A DNA stretch of 64,000 nt from Amoebophrya sp. A120. Its lineage: Eukaryota; Protista; Dinoflagellata. A program made the translations under genes and the position numbers. The notes below the pieces were generated by a model. It had not been told where the DNA came from and did no database searches. It saw only the letters and a program-made list of their open reading frames with translations. Where the stretch lies: contig CAJINV010000004.1 in assembly GCA_905178155.1 (NCBI GenBank), positions 1,580,784 through 1,644,783 of the forward strand, given 5' to 3'. This document shows positions 11,001 through 23,452 of the stretch, in pieces. Every line of letters starts with the position of its first letter. Position 1 is the first letter of the stretch.

Positions 11001-14000
11001 AAAGCTTGCCGGGCGGAGTCGGCCCTCCGCGCGAGGGGGGGGCCGGCTCGGTAGCCCAGCGGCAAGGCCCTGGCGCAAAGTACTTGCCGGGCGCGGAGGG
11101 CGCCCGCCGGTTTATACCGGAAAGGGCCGGGGTTGCGGTGTCTTTGGGGCCTGGCGCTTCTGGGGGGTATACGATTACCCAGCGACGACACCTCTCGCGG
11201 GGTGGGTGGGAGCATAGTTTTCGGAGGGCGCCATGATGGGCGGAGGAAGTGAGTTTTTTTTGAAAGGGTTCAATTTATTATGAAAGAAATAGGAAATCGA
11301 AATGGAAGCGATCCTCTGTGCAGCACGAAGATCATCTTGCATGGTTGTTGTTTGTTTTCTTGTTCAACACCCGTTCATTTTCATTACTGTCTGTATCATC
11401 TGCAAATATTACATGACTACAAATAAAACAGTGCAAGCGCAGGGTCCCCGGGAACTCCCGTGGCCGGCAGGCGTGACGCAGAAGGTGGATCCGTCGTTCG
11501 AGTGGCTTGTGAACACGGAGTGGGCGGTATCCGCGTGCACAAGAAGAACTCCTCCTCGTCTATTGCCGCGACATTTGATTTCATGCAGGAGAACACGATC
11601 CTATTCTAATCCTTGAATTCAATTTCAAGTTTGACTATTCCCGCATGACAAGCTCTTTGGTGAGGATCTGAAACCGCGTAGCGCACAGCACCGGACGGCG
11701 CTAAGTAGTAAGTACAGAGGTAGATGACCTCGAAGATCTAAATGGTTTGTCTTGCACAAAAAGCTGCTCCCAGCACGTGGTTCCAGCTGCTGATGAATGC
11801 TTCGGTTGCTGTAGATCATGCAAGAACGCAAATTATGGGGCGGGTCGGGGCAATTATTATGACACGGGGTCTCGTTCTTGCGCATCCTCATAGGCGGGTA
11901 AGGCAGGCTCCTACATTTTCAACCGCGACGGGGAGCTCGGGGGGACGGTAAAGTCCTGCGCTCGCCAGGAGGGGATCTGTAAGTGGAGCGCCACGAAGAC
12001 GCACGTCTACCTGAACACGCCCGACACGCAGAAGACGCCGGAGTCGGTGCTGAAATTAGTTGTCCGAGGTACTTATTTTTAGAAAAAACAGATGTATTGA
12101 TGGCGTTGGTTCTTCTCTAGTGGGGTTTTTGTTTCATTTTTTCGAAGAATATTTATGGAATTTCGATTTCAAAAAGCGACATGAAATAAAGCGAATCTTC
12201 AGCATGAGCAACTGCAACAGCAGCACCAGCAGCACACCAAGTTTTAGATAGTACCAGGCCTCCAGATGAAAAGGTAAAGAAGAAGATGATAGCTACAACA
12301 CCTTCTATCTTTCTAACTACAGGTTCCCAGGCGTACGAAAGCAAGAGTGCTGAGGCGAAAGCACGGCTGGACGCGCACAACGAGGAGGAGCTGAAGGCAA
12401 CGAGATTAGAGACCGCAAAAGCAGCCCGGGGAACCGGCAAGCCGAGTGTGATCACTTTCGTCAAAATCGCAGCAAGTGGCGAAGAGGACTCACGTAATAT
12501 TGATTGATTTTTCTACCGTCGAAATGATGTTGTAAAGGAATGATGAGGTAAAGGTGTATGTACATCACGTAGATTGTTGTAGAGTCATAGAATTTTTGCT
12601 ATATTTTCTGTTATGTGCTCAACCACGATCGTTGGACCAACGATTGGTTGAAAAGTGATTCGCGAGAAGAGCAACGCTCGAGTTTTTGGTTATAGAAACC
12701 CAACATATGCCTCACTTTGAATCTTGTTTTTTCACACCTATGATCAAGGATGCCGTGCCGGAACTCGTTCTTACAACGCCGCATCTGCAGTAAATTTTTG
12801 CGCAACGTATGAAATGAATTAATAATTCAAATTCCGTCTCTTCAACCTACTACAGTTTTAGCAGAGGATGCCTTCGCGGTGCTCGACGTGACGGAGGAGT
12901 CATCGCCGTCTGAAATCAAGAAATCCTATCGCATATCAAATGCAAAAGTGTCTGGGTCTGAAAAGGTTGAACTTGTATTGCGTGTCCAGGACTCCCGAAA
13001 AATTTGTATTGCATAAAAGCAACAAAAGCGCCACGATGTCGTCATGAAAGAGCGCAGTTTGCCATGCGCATTAAGCATGAGAAAGCGTTTGAAAAATTTG
13101 TCATGTAACACTGCACTTAGAGGCGCACTCACTCATGACCATTCAGCATTACAGGTTTGCAGACCCAGACATATTTGCATTTCATACCGCAAGAAGTCCG
13201 TGACACACCACCCAGACAAGGGAGGGGATCCCGCCCTGTTTGAGAAGATCCGTCAGGCGTACGAAATTTTGTCCGAGCCAGAGAAGAAAGAGCAGTACAT
13301 TGCTGGCGGTGCACTACTGGTGAAAAATGTGGAAACCTTCACGAAAGAAATGGAAGGACAGGTATAAATATTGACAGAAAACTTATAACTGATGGTAGAA
13401 GTAGAAGATAGAAGGCGTGGTCGTGGGGGTTAACTACGCGCAGTAGAAGATCTTCACGGTTAAGGATCAAAAGAGTCTTCAGATGTCCTGCTTGTGCGGG
13501 GCAATAAAAGCTCCGACTGACAGTCAGACGCTTACTTGCATTGTAAGATGCGGTATTAACCATAACCGCAAGGAGATAAATGAGGCGAAATGGACACCAC
13601 GCGACCATGAAGATGCTTTCACTTTAATAATGTACATCAGGTCGCGCAGCAAATGGCGCAGCTGGACCAGCAGATTCCGAAGAACCACCCCATGCGGGCC
13701 CAAGCCGAAGCGCAGATCAAGGCGCAGCAGCCCAACAAGGCGCAAATGAAGCAGCAGGTCGAGCAGCGCTTGCGACAGGAGGATGTCTCCGTAGACGTCC
13801 CCGTGTCCCTGGAGGAACTTTTTGCCGGAACGGAATCGGTATACCGTATTTTTGATATAGTGACCACAATGTGCTACTAGGTACAGTAGGATTGACAGTG
13901 ACAGGCTCAGGCTTGTTTTGTACAGGACAGTAAATAAACTGATAGCTTCTTGCACATCCAGAAAGAAATTTCGGGCCGCATCAAGATGCGTGGCGTTCTC

Positions 14001-15992
14001 TTTCAAGCACAAATCGCGGATGAAACAAATCAAATCAGAAATCCTACTCCTTCCCCCGTCTAACAATTTGCCGGGGCTGCCGCGCCAATCCCAGCAGTAT
14101 GCGAGAGAAAAAGTTAGCATGGCTGCATATTTGCAAAAATACGAAAAATATTCGTTCCACAAAGAACCTCTCCAGCAGCAGTACTATGATGCGAAACAGT
14201 TGTATGCTATGAGCTCGTGGTCGCGCATGGCAGCTTTTCTTGAGTTTCCTGTGTCTTTTCGTTTGCATGATAAAATGCAATGAAAATAAGAATGCGACAT
14301 CAATATCATGCTAGTTACTTGTTCTCTCTGATACCGAGCGAGCAATGCAAGGAATGCGGACGCTGCCCCCCGGAGGTGCGGCAGATCCCCAAAATGCAGG
14401 GCCCCTTCATGGTCGGCTCCAAGACGGTAGAAGTAGATACGCATTGCAAATATCGATCTGGGTCTGGTTCAAGGACGCAAGAAGTTTGTCATGCTTGTTG
14501 CGCGTGACTCTTGAATCTGTACAATGCGACGTGACCAGGAAAATAAATGCCTAAGAGGCAGCCTCTTGCCTGTCATGCAAGAGTGCAGTTTTCCATGCGG
14601 AAATCGAAGAACCACAAAGGAGCCCAGAAGCTTGTGAAGATGCGTGGTTCCGGATAATTGCAGTGTCCTCCCACGACCATTCACAAACTAGGATCACAAG
14701 TCTCCAGACCCAGGTCGATATTTGCAATGCATAGTGGAATCCCGCGAACGGTGTCGCGAGCAGCCGGTCGAGATCCGAAATCTGCGGGTCACTGCTAACG
14801 CTGCCGACGGGACCAAGATGCGGTCCATGCGGGGCATGAGCCATCAGACGCCCGGTCGCTTGCCCGGCAACGTGCGCTTTGTCGTCAAGAGGGAACCCCA
14901 CGACACGTATTTTCTTTTTTCAGAGGCGCAAATATGATTTCTTTTGACAAGCTGATCCAGGATTGGATTTGGAAGGAGGTTGGAACCAGCCATGCATGAC
15001 AGACTTACAAGAATTGGATGCACAGCTGCAAGTGTCTGAATCGATGACAAATTCGCAGATATTTTTCAATGGACGATGATCTCTACACGGTGCTGACCAT
15101 TTCCCTCTCACAAGCCTTGTACGGGTTCCAAGGAAAGTGGCGCGTATTGAAAGACCACGAGTACGTCTTCATCGACAAGGCGGGCAAAACCACGCAACCA
15201 AACGAAATCATGCGAATCAAGGGGAAAGGTTTCAAGGAATTTTTTATTTTCATTCTCTTGTGTATACCATTTCCATTACCATGATATGTGCTCTTGTAGA
15301 CGTCCCATTATATTAACCCATGATCAGAGCAGCGCTTTGACACTAAGGCCCATAATTCTTCCATTGACAATTAGCGTGAGCGTGACTGCATGAAGATACG
15401 AAGATGTTTGACACCAAATCGAGGTATGTACAATGCGTACGGGGTATTGAAAGGAAAAACTCCCCCTCCCCATATCGAAACGGGATTTCTGATGCTGGAT
15501 TTGTGTACACGAATCAGCTTTGTATTGCGGGAAGGCATTCCGGCTAGATCCCCAGCCTAGGTAGGGGTGTATCGGTCTAGTTGCTCAGCATCGCAAACGG
15601 CTCCCCTTTAGGCCCAACAACATGACAAATCGCGTCCATAATGGGGGCGAAGCTTCTGGCCTTGTCTTCTTGCAAGACAGATGTGATTTGTGACCTCAAA
15701 TCAGCAGCGCAAACTTCCGGAAACATGCCTTTTCGATGTGGGGAGGGGGGATTTTTCCTTTCGATACGGGGGGCGTGGCGACTTGGTGGTGCGGTTCAAT
15801 GTGGAATTTCCCGAGTCCGGAGCCAATGTGAAGCTCGAGAAACCGAATGAGATCGAAGTGCTGAATACGCCGCAGCTAAAGGCCGAGATGGACCTGATCA
15901 AGCATGACGAGAAACTCTACAAAGCCTGGGTGGAGACGGTGCCGGGGAAGAAGAAACGCAGCAAGAAGGGGGGCAGAAAGGAGGAGCTCTAG
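8066..15992 (+). CDS. dnaJ: DnaJ/Hsp40 co-chaperone, ERdj3/DNAJB11-like, C-terminal KEEL
   Basis: J domain DAFAVLDV...EIKKSYRKKSVTHHPDKGGD...IRQAYEILS; VSLEELFAG; CRGC/CKECGRCP; DDLYTVLTISLSQALYGF; IMRIKGKG; RGDLVVRFNVEFP; start 8066 or 8249. Confidence 0.85.
8252..8531. mobile_element. Introner, family B
   Basis: TIRs; DR ccatg; reverse orientation relative to 30491-30770. Confidence 0.93.
8565..8821. mobile_element. Introner, family A
   Basis: TIRs; DR tttgc. Confidence 0.93.
8902..9163. mobile_element. Introner, family A
   Basis: TIRs; DR tgggg. Confidence 0.93.
9174..11264. mobile_element. TIR-less composite insertion of about 2 kb in a DnaJ intron, with three copies of the exon/donor junction
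   Basis: 58-bp copies at 9174-9231 and 10363-10420; 39-bp copy at 11226-11264. Confidence 0.75.
9436..9716. repeat. Three tandem 99-bp units with internal hairpins
   Basis: gtagctcatgtgctcagagtgcacc starts at 9453, 9552 and 9651. Confidence 0.92.
11528..11892. mobile_element. Introner, minor family (tgc.caagaa), diverged
   Basis: TAT...ATA ends, short TIR; DR ggcgg; frame restored. Confidence 0.8.
12934..13186. mobile_element. Introner, family A, inside the J domain
   Basis: TIRs; DR tcgca/ccgca. Confidence 0.9.
14098..14333. mobile_element. Introner, minor family (gagagaaaaag..tagcatg)
   Basis: TIRs; degenerate DR; joins CRGCRANP to SEQCKECG. Confidence 0.78.
14438..14733. mobile_element. 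Introner, family A variant
   Basis: TIRs; DR gtaga/gtgga. Confidence 0.9.
15445..15766. mobile_element. Introner, family C
   Basis: TIRs; DR cgggg. Confidence 0.92.
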
Positions 15993-16374
15993 ACGAGCCG
16001 TTTTATCTACTAACTTGATAGTCGGGAAGATGTTTATGTTTTCATGGTAGCGTGATACTTACAACTCATATTCAAATCGTACGTAGAGAACAATTTCCTT
16101 TTGTTCCAACGAAGGTCTCGACCCGACACGCGACACAACAGGAATGGAAGTTAGGTCGTGCAGAACATCGCACGTTATTTATTTAGCGAATAAAGTAGAC
16201 GAAAGAAAGCCAAAGCATCAGCATTTCGATTTGAAGGATCCTCTACGATGCGTGACAAAGGTATGTAAAGTCGATTTCTTTTTCGTGGATGATAAAGATG
16301 TACGCCCCCGCTTCCTTTTTCACGGCCCCGAGTACCTACAGAAGGATATCCCCGAGTACCTACAGAAGGACTAC

Positions 16375-17724
16375 TCAGGGTACCCGAGGATAAAGCTGTG
16401 CCTTCTCCTCTTCATCCAGTACCAAGTCCGCCAAGGACTCGTGAAACTCCTGCGCGATTTGGGTCAAATTTCTGGAGAATTTCTGGTAGATTGCCCCCCT
16501 GTAAATGTTCCGGATGTAGCCCATGCGCCGGAGAATTATCGGGTCCTGCCCCGACTGCGCCTTGTACGATTCTGCGATCACAGCGGCGCCGCGAGGGGAC
16601 ACATCGACACCGGCGAGGGGGTGGGTGGCGTTTTTACCGTTAGTGGAATTACCTCCATCAGCAGTTGCTAGTTCCGCTGCTGCGACGGCTGTCGCTTGCT
16701 CCTGTTGTTCCTTTAATAGCTGTTCCTGTTGCTCTTTTGCGGCAGTACTATCGAAGAGATGTTTGTAATACTGCGTTTCAAACTGGGATATGGTGCTCTC
16801 CTCCTCCCGCAACGCTTTGATCTGTCGGATGAAAGGAGCTTCCTCTCCTCTAGAAGTTGCCGTGTCAGGACCAGGAGCACTTCCACCATTAACAATCTCC
16901 TGCAGCTCCCGCCTTCTCTGCTCCAGCCGCGCAACCAACTCTCTCGGCGCCCACCGGTCTGTGTGTTTGCCGAGCCCGACGGCGTTTGTCCGGTCCTCCG
17001 CGCGGAAAAAGAATTCTTGGTACTGGGCATCTTGTTCGTCATACGCAGAGACGAAGAAATTTATTGGGTTGTGCATAATCTTCCCCACGCCGGCGGGCAG
17101 GGGAGCGTCGGGCGTGGCGGTGGAAGTATTCGTCGAGCTCGCGGCGCCGTCTATCGACACAGTATTTTTATCGTTGCCTTCTTGCGTGGTAGCCAAATCT
17201 GTGTTGCTTGTACCAGCACTGTCTGTTGCTCCTGCCGTAGCAGCTACAGGAGCTCCTTGGCTCTTCAGCGCTCCGGTTCCCGAAACCGAGGTGTGAATGA
17301 ATTGCGCAGTACTCGTAGTACCTTGCGGTGGTCCTCCACTTCCGGGTTGTACACCTGCTGGTGGAGCGCCGGGTGGTTGTCCACCTGTAGTCTTGTTCTG
17401 CTGGTAAATCAGCTCCGCCGTGCTTTCCAAATGGTCGTAGACATCGTAGCCCTCCTTTAAGTGGTAATTGTACCCGTGCAACCACGATTCCTGAAACGTG
17501 TTCGTCAGCCAGTGCGCCGGAAACGTCCCCCCCTGCACGGATTCCCGCCTCGCCGACCCGTAGAACAGAAAGAAAGACGGGTGTTCCGGCGAATTTTCCG
17601 CGTAGCACTCCTCTGGCAGCTCCACGATCTCGACCCGGGAAAGCTCCCCCCAAATTTGTCGCTCTTCTTCCCACTCGAAAATCTCCTTGCTATCGTAGAT
17701 GGCTCTGCTAGCCTCTTTTTCCAC
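16375..17724 (-). CDS. Hypothetical protein, main exon; upstream exons probably extend to about 18360
   Basis: 449-aa ORF with a coiled-coil-like C-terminal half; no domain recognised. Confidence 0.6.
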   Translation of the reverse strand: MEKEASRAIYDSKEIFEWEEERQIWGELSRVEIVELPEECYAENSPEHPSFFLFYGSARRESVQGGTFPAHWLTNTFQESWLHGYNYHLKEGYDVYDHLESTAELIYQQNKTTGGQPPGAPPAGVQPGSGGPPQGTTSTAQFIHTSVSGTGALKSQGAPVAATAGATDSAGTSNTDLATTQEGNDKNTVSIDGAASSTNTSTATPDAPLPAGVGKIMHNPINFFVSAYDEQDAQYQEFFFRAEDRTNAVGLGKHTDRWAPRELVARLEQRRRELQEIVNGGSAPGPDTATSRGEEAPFIRQIKALREEESTISQFETQYYKHLFDSTAAKEQQEQLLKEQQEQATAVAAAELATADGGNSTNGKNATHPLAGVDVSPRGAAVIAESYKAQSGQDPIILRRMGYIRNIYRGAIYQKFSRNLTQIAQEFHESLADLVLDEEEKAQLYPRVP

Positions 17725-19123
17725 ATAGAAGGCATACGCACAACTACGTCGTACTTAGTAGCAGACGTCGATGGTTGTACCAAGAAACCCACATCCAATG
17801 CTGTACACGTCATCCTCCACATCTGTACAACAACTGTTCTTCGTTCTAAATTCTATACTTGTAGTGGCACGGGCACCTACCCGCTATTGAATTTTGCCCA
17901 ACATAGTACCAACACAGAACTCCCCGAGTACTTACAACCGGACGAGCAGGGGCTCCTGAATTGGATGTCTTCGATGTCTCTGGTGGTGACAAAACACACG
18001 AAAAAGCCACGACTGCGCGCAGTTACTTAACTTATCATCACACGAAAAAGCATGATACGCACCATACCTAACGACAGAAGCACCTTTGTAAAAACGACCA
18101 TGACCAGCAGAAGCAGGTGTCTCTTTGGTTCATTTTCAAGATTACAACTAAGAAGTACAAAGCGACCGACGAACCCCCATGAACGAATGGAACCACGCAG
18201 CGCCTGGCGTAGTTCACACCAGAAACCTTTATACGATGTGAAATATCGACATTTTCCGGGGGAATAACTTTGTTTGAACGGTATCAATTCGGCGTTTGAT
18301 GCGAGGCAGAAAGGCGGTTTTTCTGTCGAGCACGGTATGAAGTAAAATACACGGAACATGAGGCCCGAAGAAGAAGAGCGACCCGCCGCTCCCGCCAATG
18401 TTGTTCGTAGGATCTACTTGTCCAGGTCGTCTAGACCACACGTAGGTAAACACGACCGGAATTCTCTTCCACAGTACACATAATGTTGTCGTGCTTTTCT
18501 TTTATTTGCGCGTGTGGAAATTGATACTCTCTTGCTTCAAATTGCGAATTTGCTGATCCAAAATCAAAAGCAAAGTCATTGCACAAGAAGAATTGTACCT
18601 AATTTGTCCTTTGCTCCATCATCATGGAACGGTTTTTTTTTGCTTTTTGTTTCATTCTAAGTAAGTTATCTGAAGAGTTCACTTCACATTTATCAGGCTG
18701 CGTTGTAGAAGGGTGATGCGATTATTTGAAAGTTATAACGTCGCATCTTATCTGTATTTAAGAACACGAATTCTCTCAACCATTTTTCTACTTTTAGAAA
18801 GATCTTTAGTCGCGCTTTTCTGTTCTTGCGCAGGCAGCATAAGAATAGGAACGGAAGGAACAAGCAAAAGCGAAACCGGGCCGCGGCTAAACCTAAAGCC
18901 GCGTAGAAATACTTATTACTCTTCAGCAACATAATGTGCGAAACTGCTTCCCTGCCCCTCTGAAAGAAGTGGAAGCGACGAGCTTTCTGCCACACCAAAA
19001 TTACGAAACAAATGGAGTACGGAACTTAATCCTCAAGAACTTACTTCTGCACGAGGACCTCAGAAGACGGCGACAGCAATTTCACCGAATAGTACTCATT
19101 CCGAAAAAAGTGTAGTAAAAAAA

Positions 19124-22100
19124 ATGGATCCCGCCTTCTTGATGCAGATGCAGATGAGCATGCTGCTGCAACAGCAGCAACTGATGGCAAACGCCATGGC
19201 GGCACAGCAGCAGCAGCAGCAGCAGGGTCAGCAACTACAACCGGGAACAAGTACGATGTTACCGCAGATCAACATGCAGCTGCCACAACTGCCAGGCGCC
19301 GGAGCAGTAGTTCCTCCAGGAACTTCTACAATAGGGAACAACATGATGAACCAGCAGCAACCGGTCCAGCAACTGTTGCCAACGATACCCAACATGTCGC
19401 AGGTTGTGGTTCCGCCCGGAGGTGCTGCTATCGCCACACCTGGCACGACAGGGAACAAAGGCGGGGGCGCGCCAACTGCACCCGCTTTATCCGCGGCTCC
19501 AGGTGGAGCTGCTCCCGGGGTACCACTTACGGGTGCGGCTGCGGGGCTAGCCGGAAATGATGAAACAGACGCCGGCGCGTCCTCAGAAGTAGTGCCTCAT
19601 AATCTACCTCAAGGCACGGCAAAGCAACAGCCGCCACTTCAAGCTACGTCCAATGCGGCTGATCTCCTACACACGGCCACCCCGGTGGGTACATCTATCC
19701 TTGAGATCTATCATTTTACATACTTACTATGCAGAGAAACAGATGTGCTAATAGGGTAATCCTAAAAATCTTCACGCCCAGGTGCGCAGAACTAGAACGA
19801 CTTGCTTTTCATCATGATTCACAGCAGCTGGTGGCTCGTGCCAGCACGGGCTCCTGGTGAACCAAGTTTGTATATTACGGTAGTTTATTTCATCAGAAAT
19901 GAAACATTGTTTATAGAAAATTGTTCACTTTTATCTCCCTCAGGACCTGCAGCTGCACCAACGCCCGGGCCGTTGCCTCCAGTGGCCACCCACCCACCAG
20001 GAGAGCAAGCTAGTACGGCTCCACCTACGACCGTTGCAATTCCCAGTTCGGGTAGTGCACAGCTGCTAGCCGCGTCACCCTCTGCAGCTGCTGGCGGTAG
20101 TACATCATCCAGTTCTACTGCGGGGGTCGTGCCAGGATTGTTTACAACCCAAACTCCCGCTGCGAACAACAGCGGAATAATTCCTGCCACGGCCTCTACG
20201 CTTCAATCTACTGGGCGGACCGCTGGCGGCGCCGCATCGTCGTCCTCGTCAAGTGGTGGACCACAAGCGCAGCAACAGCTACAGATGCAGCTACAACCTC
20301 CCGCATATCATCCCGCTCTGGTCGTGCCCCCGCAACAGCAGCAGCTCCTGCAGGGGAATCCGATTGTTCACCCGAACCCCCTCGCGGCAGCACCACAGGT
20401 CGCCCCCCTGCCGCCCAAGCCGGATCTACGCGAGATCAATCAAAAGGCTTTCCTGCTGCCGGGCGGCGACTGGCAGTGCCCGGTGAAAGCGTGCGGAACC
20501 ATCAATTCCAAACGGTTGAATAATTGCGAGAAGTGCGGAAAGTCAAAACCGGTGCGGAACGATGCCGAGATGCCCATGACTATGAGCGCACCGCCAGGAC
20601 TGTATAGAGGACGATAGATGTTTTTTTTTTGTGTCTAGCAAATCGTTATTTGGTTTTGGCAATCCACGATAGTTGAGTACATCTGCAGTTATCATAGTCA
20701 TGGCAGGTTGCGCAATCATCTTGCTGTAGTACACTTGTGAAGACCAAAGAATAATAATCAACCACATATTCATATCGTACTACAAAATACACAGGTTCAA
20801 GCCTGGAGATTGGACCTGCTCTTCCTGGTATCAAACGGAAATAAATAAGAGCTGCTCCGGGGCGTACTATCGTCCTCAATTCTTTCTATGCAATCGATCC
20901 TGATAGAAGGGGCTCGTCCATGCATTCATCATATTCTCTGATCAATGATTTGCATTTGTGTGGGATTTTTGTTCACTTCGTACAAGAGAAGCACAATAGA
21001 AAAATGACCGGTAAACAAGTAAGGAAATAGCCGCTTCCAGGAAGTAGCTCTTGATGTTTCCAAGATGATACCTGTGCCAATGTGAACTGGGACTGGCGTA
21101 CACGGTGCAACCTTTGCCAGAGTCTTATTGTGAAGAAAAATCCCCCCTCCCCATATCAAAACGAAGTTTCTGATGCTGGATTTCCGTACACAAATCACGG
21201 CTGTCTTGCAGTATATGCTTGGAGGCATATGCCGTGCCTGAGTACAGAGCTGCTGACGTGGACGCTTAGTATCACAAATGCCTATGCTGTAGCCCAGGCA
21301 GCATCACAAACCGCCCGCATAGTGCGGCGGAGACTGTAGAGTAGCCTTCTTGCAAGACAAATGTGATTTGTGACCTCAAATCAGCAACGCAAATTTTCGG
21401 AGACATACCTTTTCAATATGGGGAGGGGGGATTTTTCTTTTCAATAAGTCTGAAACCCGAGCTCCAGGAGAAGCGGGAGGGCGGGCGTGCGGGCGGCTAT
21501 TTCGACCGGCAAGACCCTGAGGACCTATGCATTGCAAATATGTCTGCGTCTGGGTCTGGATTTGTAATGCAAGACATCAAGGACAATATGGATTTGCGAT
21601 GCATAAATACGATTGGCCAGTTTCTGTGTCATGCTGTGAAACTCAGTTATTTGTAATGCTTCCGACGAATGAATCCGCAAAATATAAGCTGAGGATATTA
21701 ACTTGTCATGCTGTTATTCCGTACAACTACAAGGAGCCCGTCTGCAATGCAAGTATCAGCAACACAAGTTTCCAGACATCCAGGGATATTTGCATTTCAT
21801 AGGACCGAAAGCAACACGATTCCGACGAGGAGGAATTTGACGACTATGGGCGTATATCCACCGCAAATATGTCTTGATTTGGAAGATTGAAACTTGTGAT
21901 GCGCATTTTGGATCACACATGAATCTGTCATGCATGGAAGGCAATACGAATACTTAAAAAAATGGCCCGGCGCTTCCTGTCATCAAAATCCGGAAGAACG
22001 TCTCATGCGGGATCAGCATTAAGAAAGCTTCGCAAAATTGTGACCAGTAATGTCGTGCAAAAACAGCATCACAAAGTCCGCACTTTTTCAGACCACCCAG

Positions 22101-22242
22101 ACACATTTGCCATGCATAGCGTAAAAAAACCACGAAAAAAAAGCAACCCGCAAAGAGCGAGAAGGCCAAGGCCGCGCTGGCGCGACTTTACAAAGGCGGA
22201 AGGAACAAGGAGAGGTCCCGAAGCAGGGACAGGGGGCGATGA
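19124..22242 (+). CDS. ZRANB2-like RanBP2-type zinc-finger protein with Q/P-rich N-terminus and RS-like tail
   Basis: GDWQCPVKACGTINSKRLNNCEKCG and (joined) FKPGDWTCSSCANVNWDWRTRCNLCQSLKP, then REGGRAGGYFDRQD...DEEEFDDYGRKK...RSRSRDRGR*. Confidence 0.85.
20829..21070. mobile_element. Introner, minor family (ggaaa...aagagct.ct)
   Basis: TIRs; DR cctgg/cctgt; lies inside the second zinc finger. Confidence 0.82.
21126..21446. mobile_element. Introner, family C
   Basis: TIRs; DR agtct. Confidence 0.93.
21526..21801. mobile_element. Introner, family A, diverged
   Basis: TIRs; DR ggacc. Confidence 0.88.
21855..22118. mobile_element. Introner, family A, diverged
   Basis: TIR remnants; DR gcgta. 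Confidence 0.85.
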
Positions 22243-22273
22243 GATGGTGACGGTAGCGTGGAAAAATCTATAC

Positions 22274-23452
22274 AAGAACTCTTGCGCGCCCGCGCGGACA
22301 GTACAACTCATGGTTTATTTCACGCAGCCGGCGCATATAGGTTATTACTGGTGTGTGCCTTCGCCTGCGCGTGTGACTTCGATGACGTCGCCTGCGGGTG
22401 CTGGGGAGGGGTTGGGCGTCCGCGACGTCGTTGTTGCTGCTCTTCGGAGCTCGTGACGACTTCGTTGCAGCTTCCACATGGATGCTTGCTTGCATCTTGC
22501 AGGGCATGTTGTAGGTAGCACTTCGTGTGGAAGTATCAGGAGTGCTGACACGGAAGGAGAGCTGAGGAGCGTGGCCTATCGGCTTCGCGACTCCGTCCTT
22601 CGCTCCTCGGCGTCGGTCCGCCGGTGTTGATTGCTTGAATGCAGTCGACGCAGTCGAGGGGTTCAGCGGTTGGTGTGGGGGCGAGAGGGAGCGCTGCATA
22701 GATGCTCTTTTGCTTCTGTGAACAGGTTCGTTCTTCTCCTGCTTCGGGGTCTCCCAGGAGATCCTGACTCATCCAACGGGCCTGGGGACGCTTTTGTGGC
22801 CTTTGCGAAACTTAAAGCAATCACAGACGCGACAGATAATGTCTACTTACCGAGACGCGTGGTCGGTCGCGCAGTGCTTTGTGCTGCTTCCGCCACGAGA
22901 CGAGTCCGCGGAACCCTCCCGGGCCTTACTTATCTAGTCACATTTGGGAGCACGCCCCCACTATCCTCACCCGGTTCCCGGGTTGTGTCGCGGGGATATG
23001 TCCCGGCACGATTCCACAAGCCTCGCTACTTTGCTACGCCGCCCCGTGCGCCCTGCTCTCTGTCCCCGACAGTGCGGGCTGCCCCCTTTGTTTAGTCGCA
23101 TTTGGGGAAGACATTCGGCGGTCCCAGTCGCGCCTCGCGGCTTGGGCCACCTCTTCTATGTCCGGGGCATGGCTCTGTGGGGGTCGAGAGCCTGGCTTGC
23201 ATGGCCTGCTACCCGTAGCTCGTTGTGCCGGCCGGGTTCTCTCTTGGCTGCCATTGTGACTGTCGCTCGAGGTCTTGCGACTATCACTGCGACGCGCTTC
23301 TGCACGTCATTCGCTTCCGTTGGTTGCGCGCGCGTTCACTCTATGGGTGAATTGCGCAGAGAAGGCGAAATTATATACAACAAGAAGAAGAACTCTTGCG
23401 CGCCCGCGCGGACAGTACAACTCATGGTTTAATATTTCACGCAGCCGGCGCA
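22274..23452. mobile_element. TIR-less insertion of about 1 kb flanked by a 62-65 bp direct repeat
   Basis: Copies at 22274-22335 and 23388-23452 (3-bp indel). Confidence 0.75.

Noticed and set aside
10175-11236. Overlapping ORFs in GC-rich cargo (also 38823-40274) as transposase or reverse transcriptase
   Set aside because: Arg/Ala/Pro-rich in all frames with no DDE, YxDD, HUH or tyrosine-recombinase motif
16326-16370. Short tandem duplication ccccgagtacctacagaagga
   Set aside because: Two copies only, next to a stop codon; ordinary slippage
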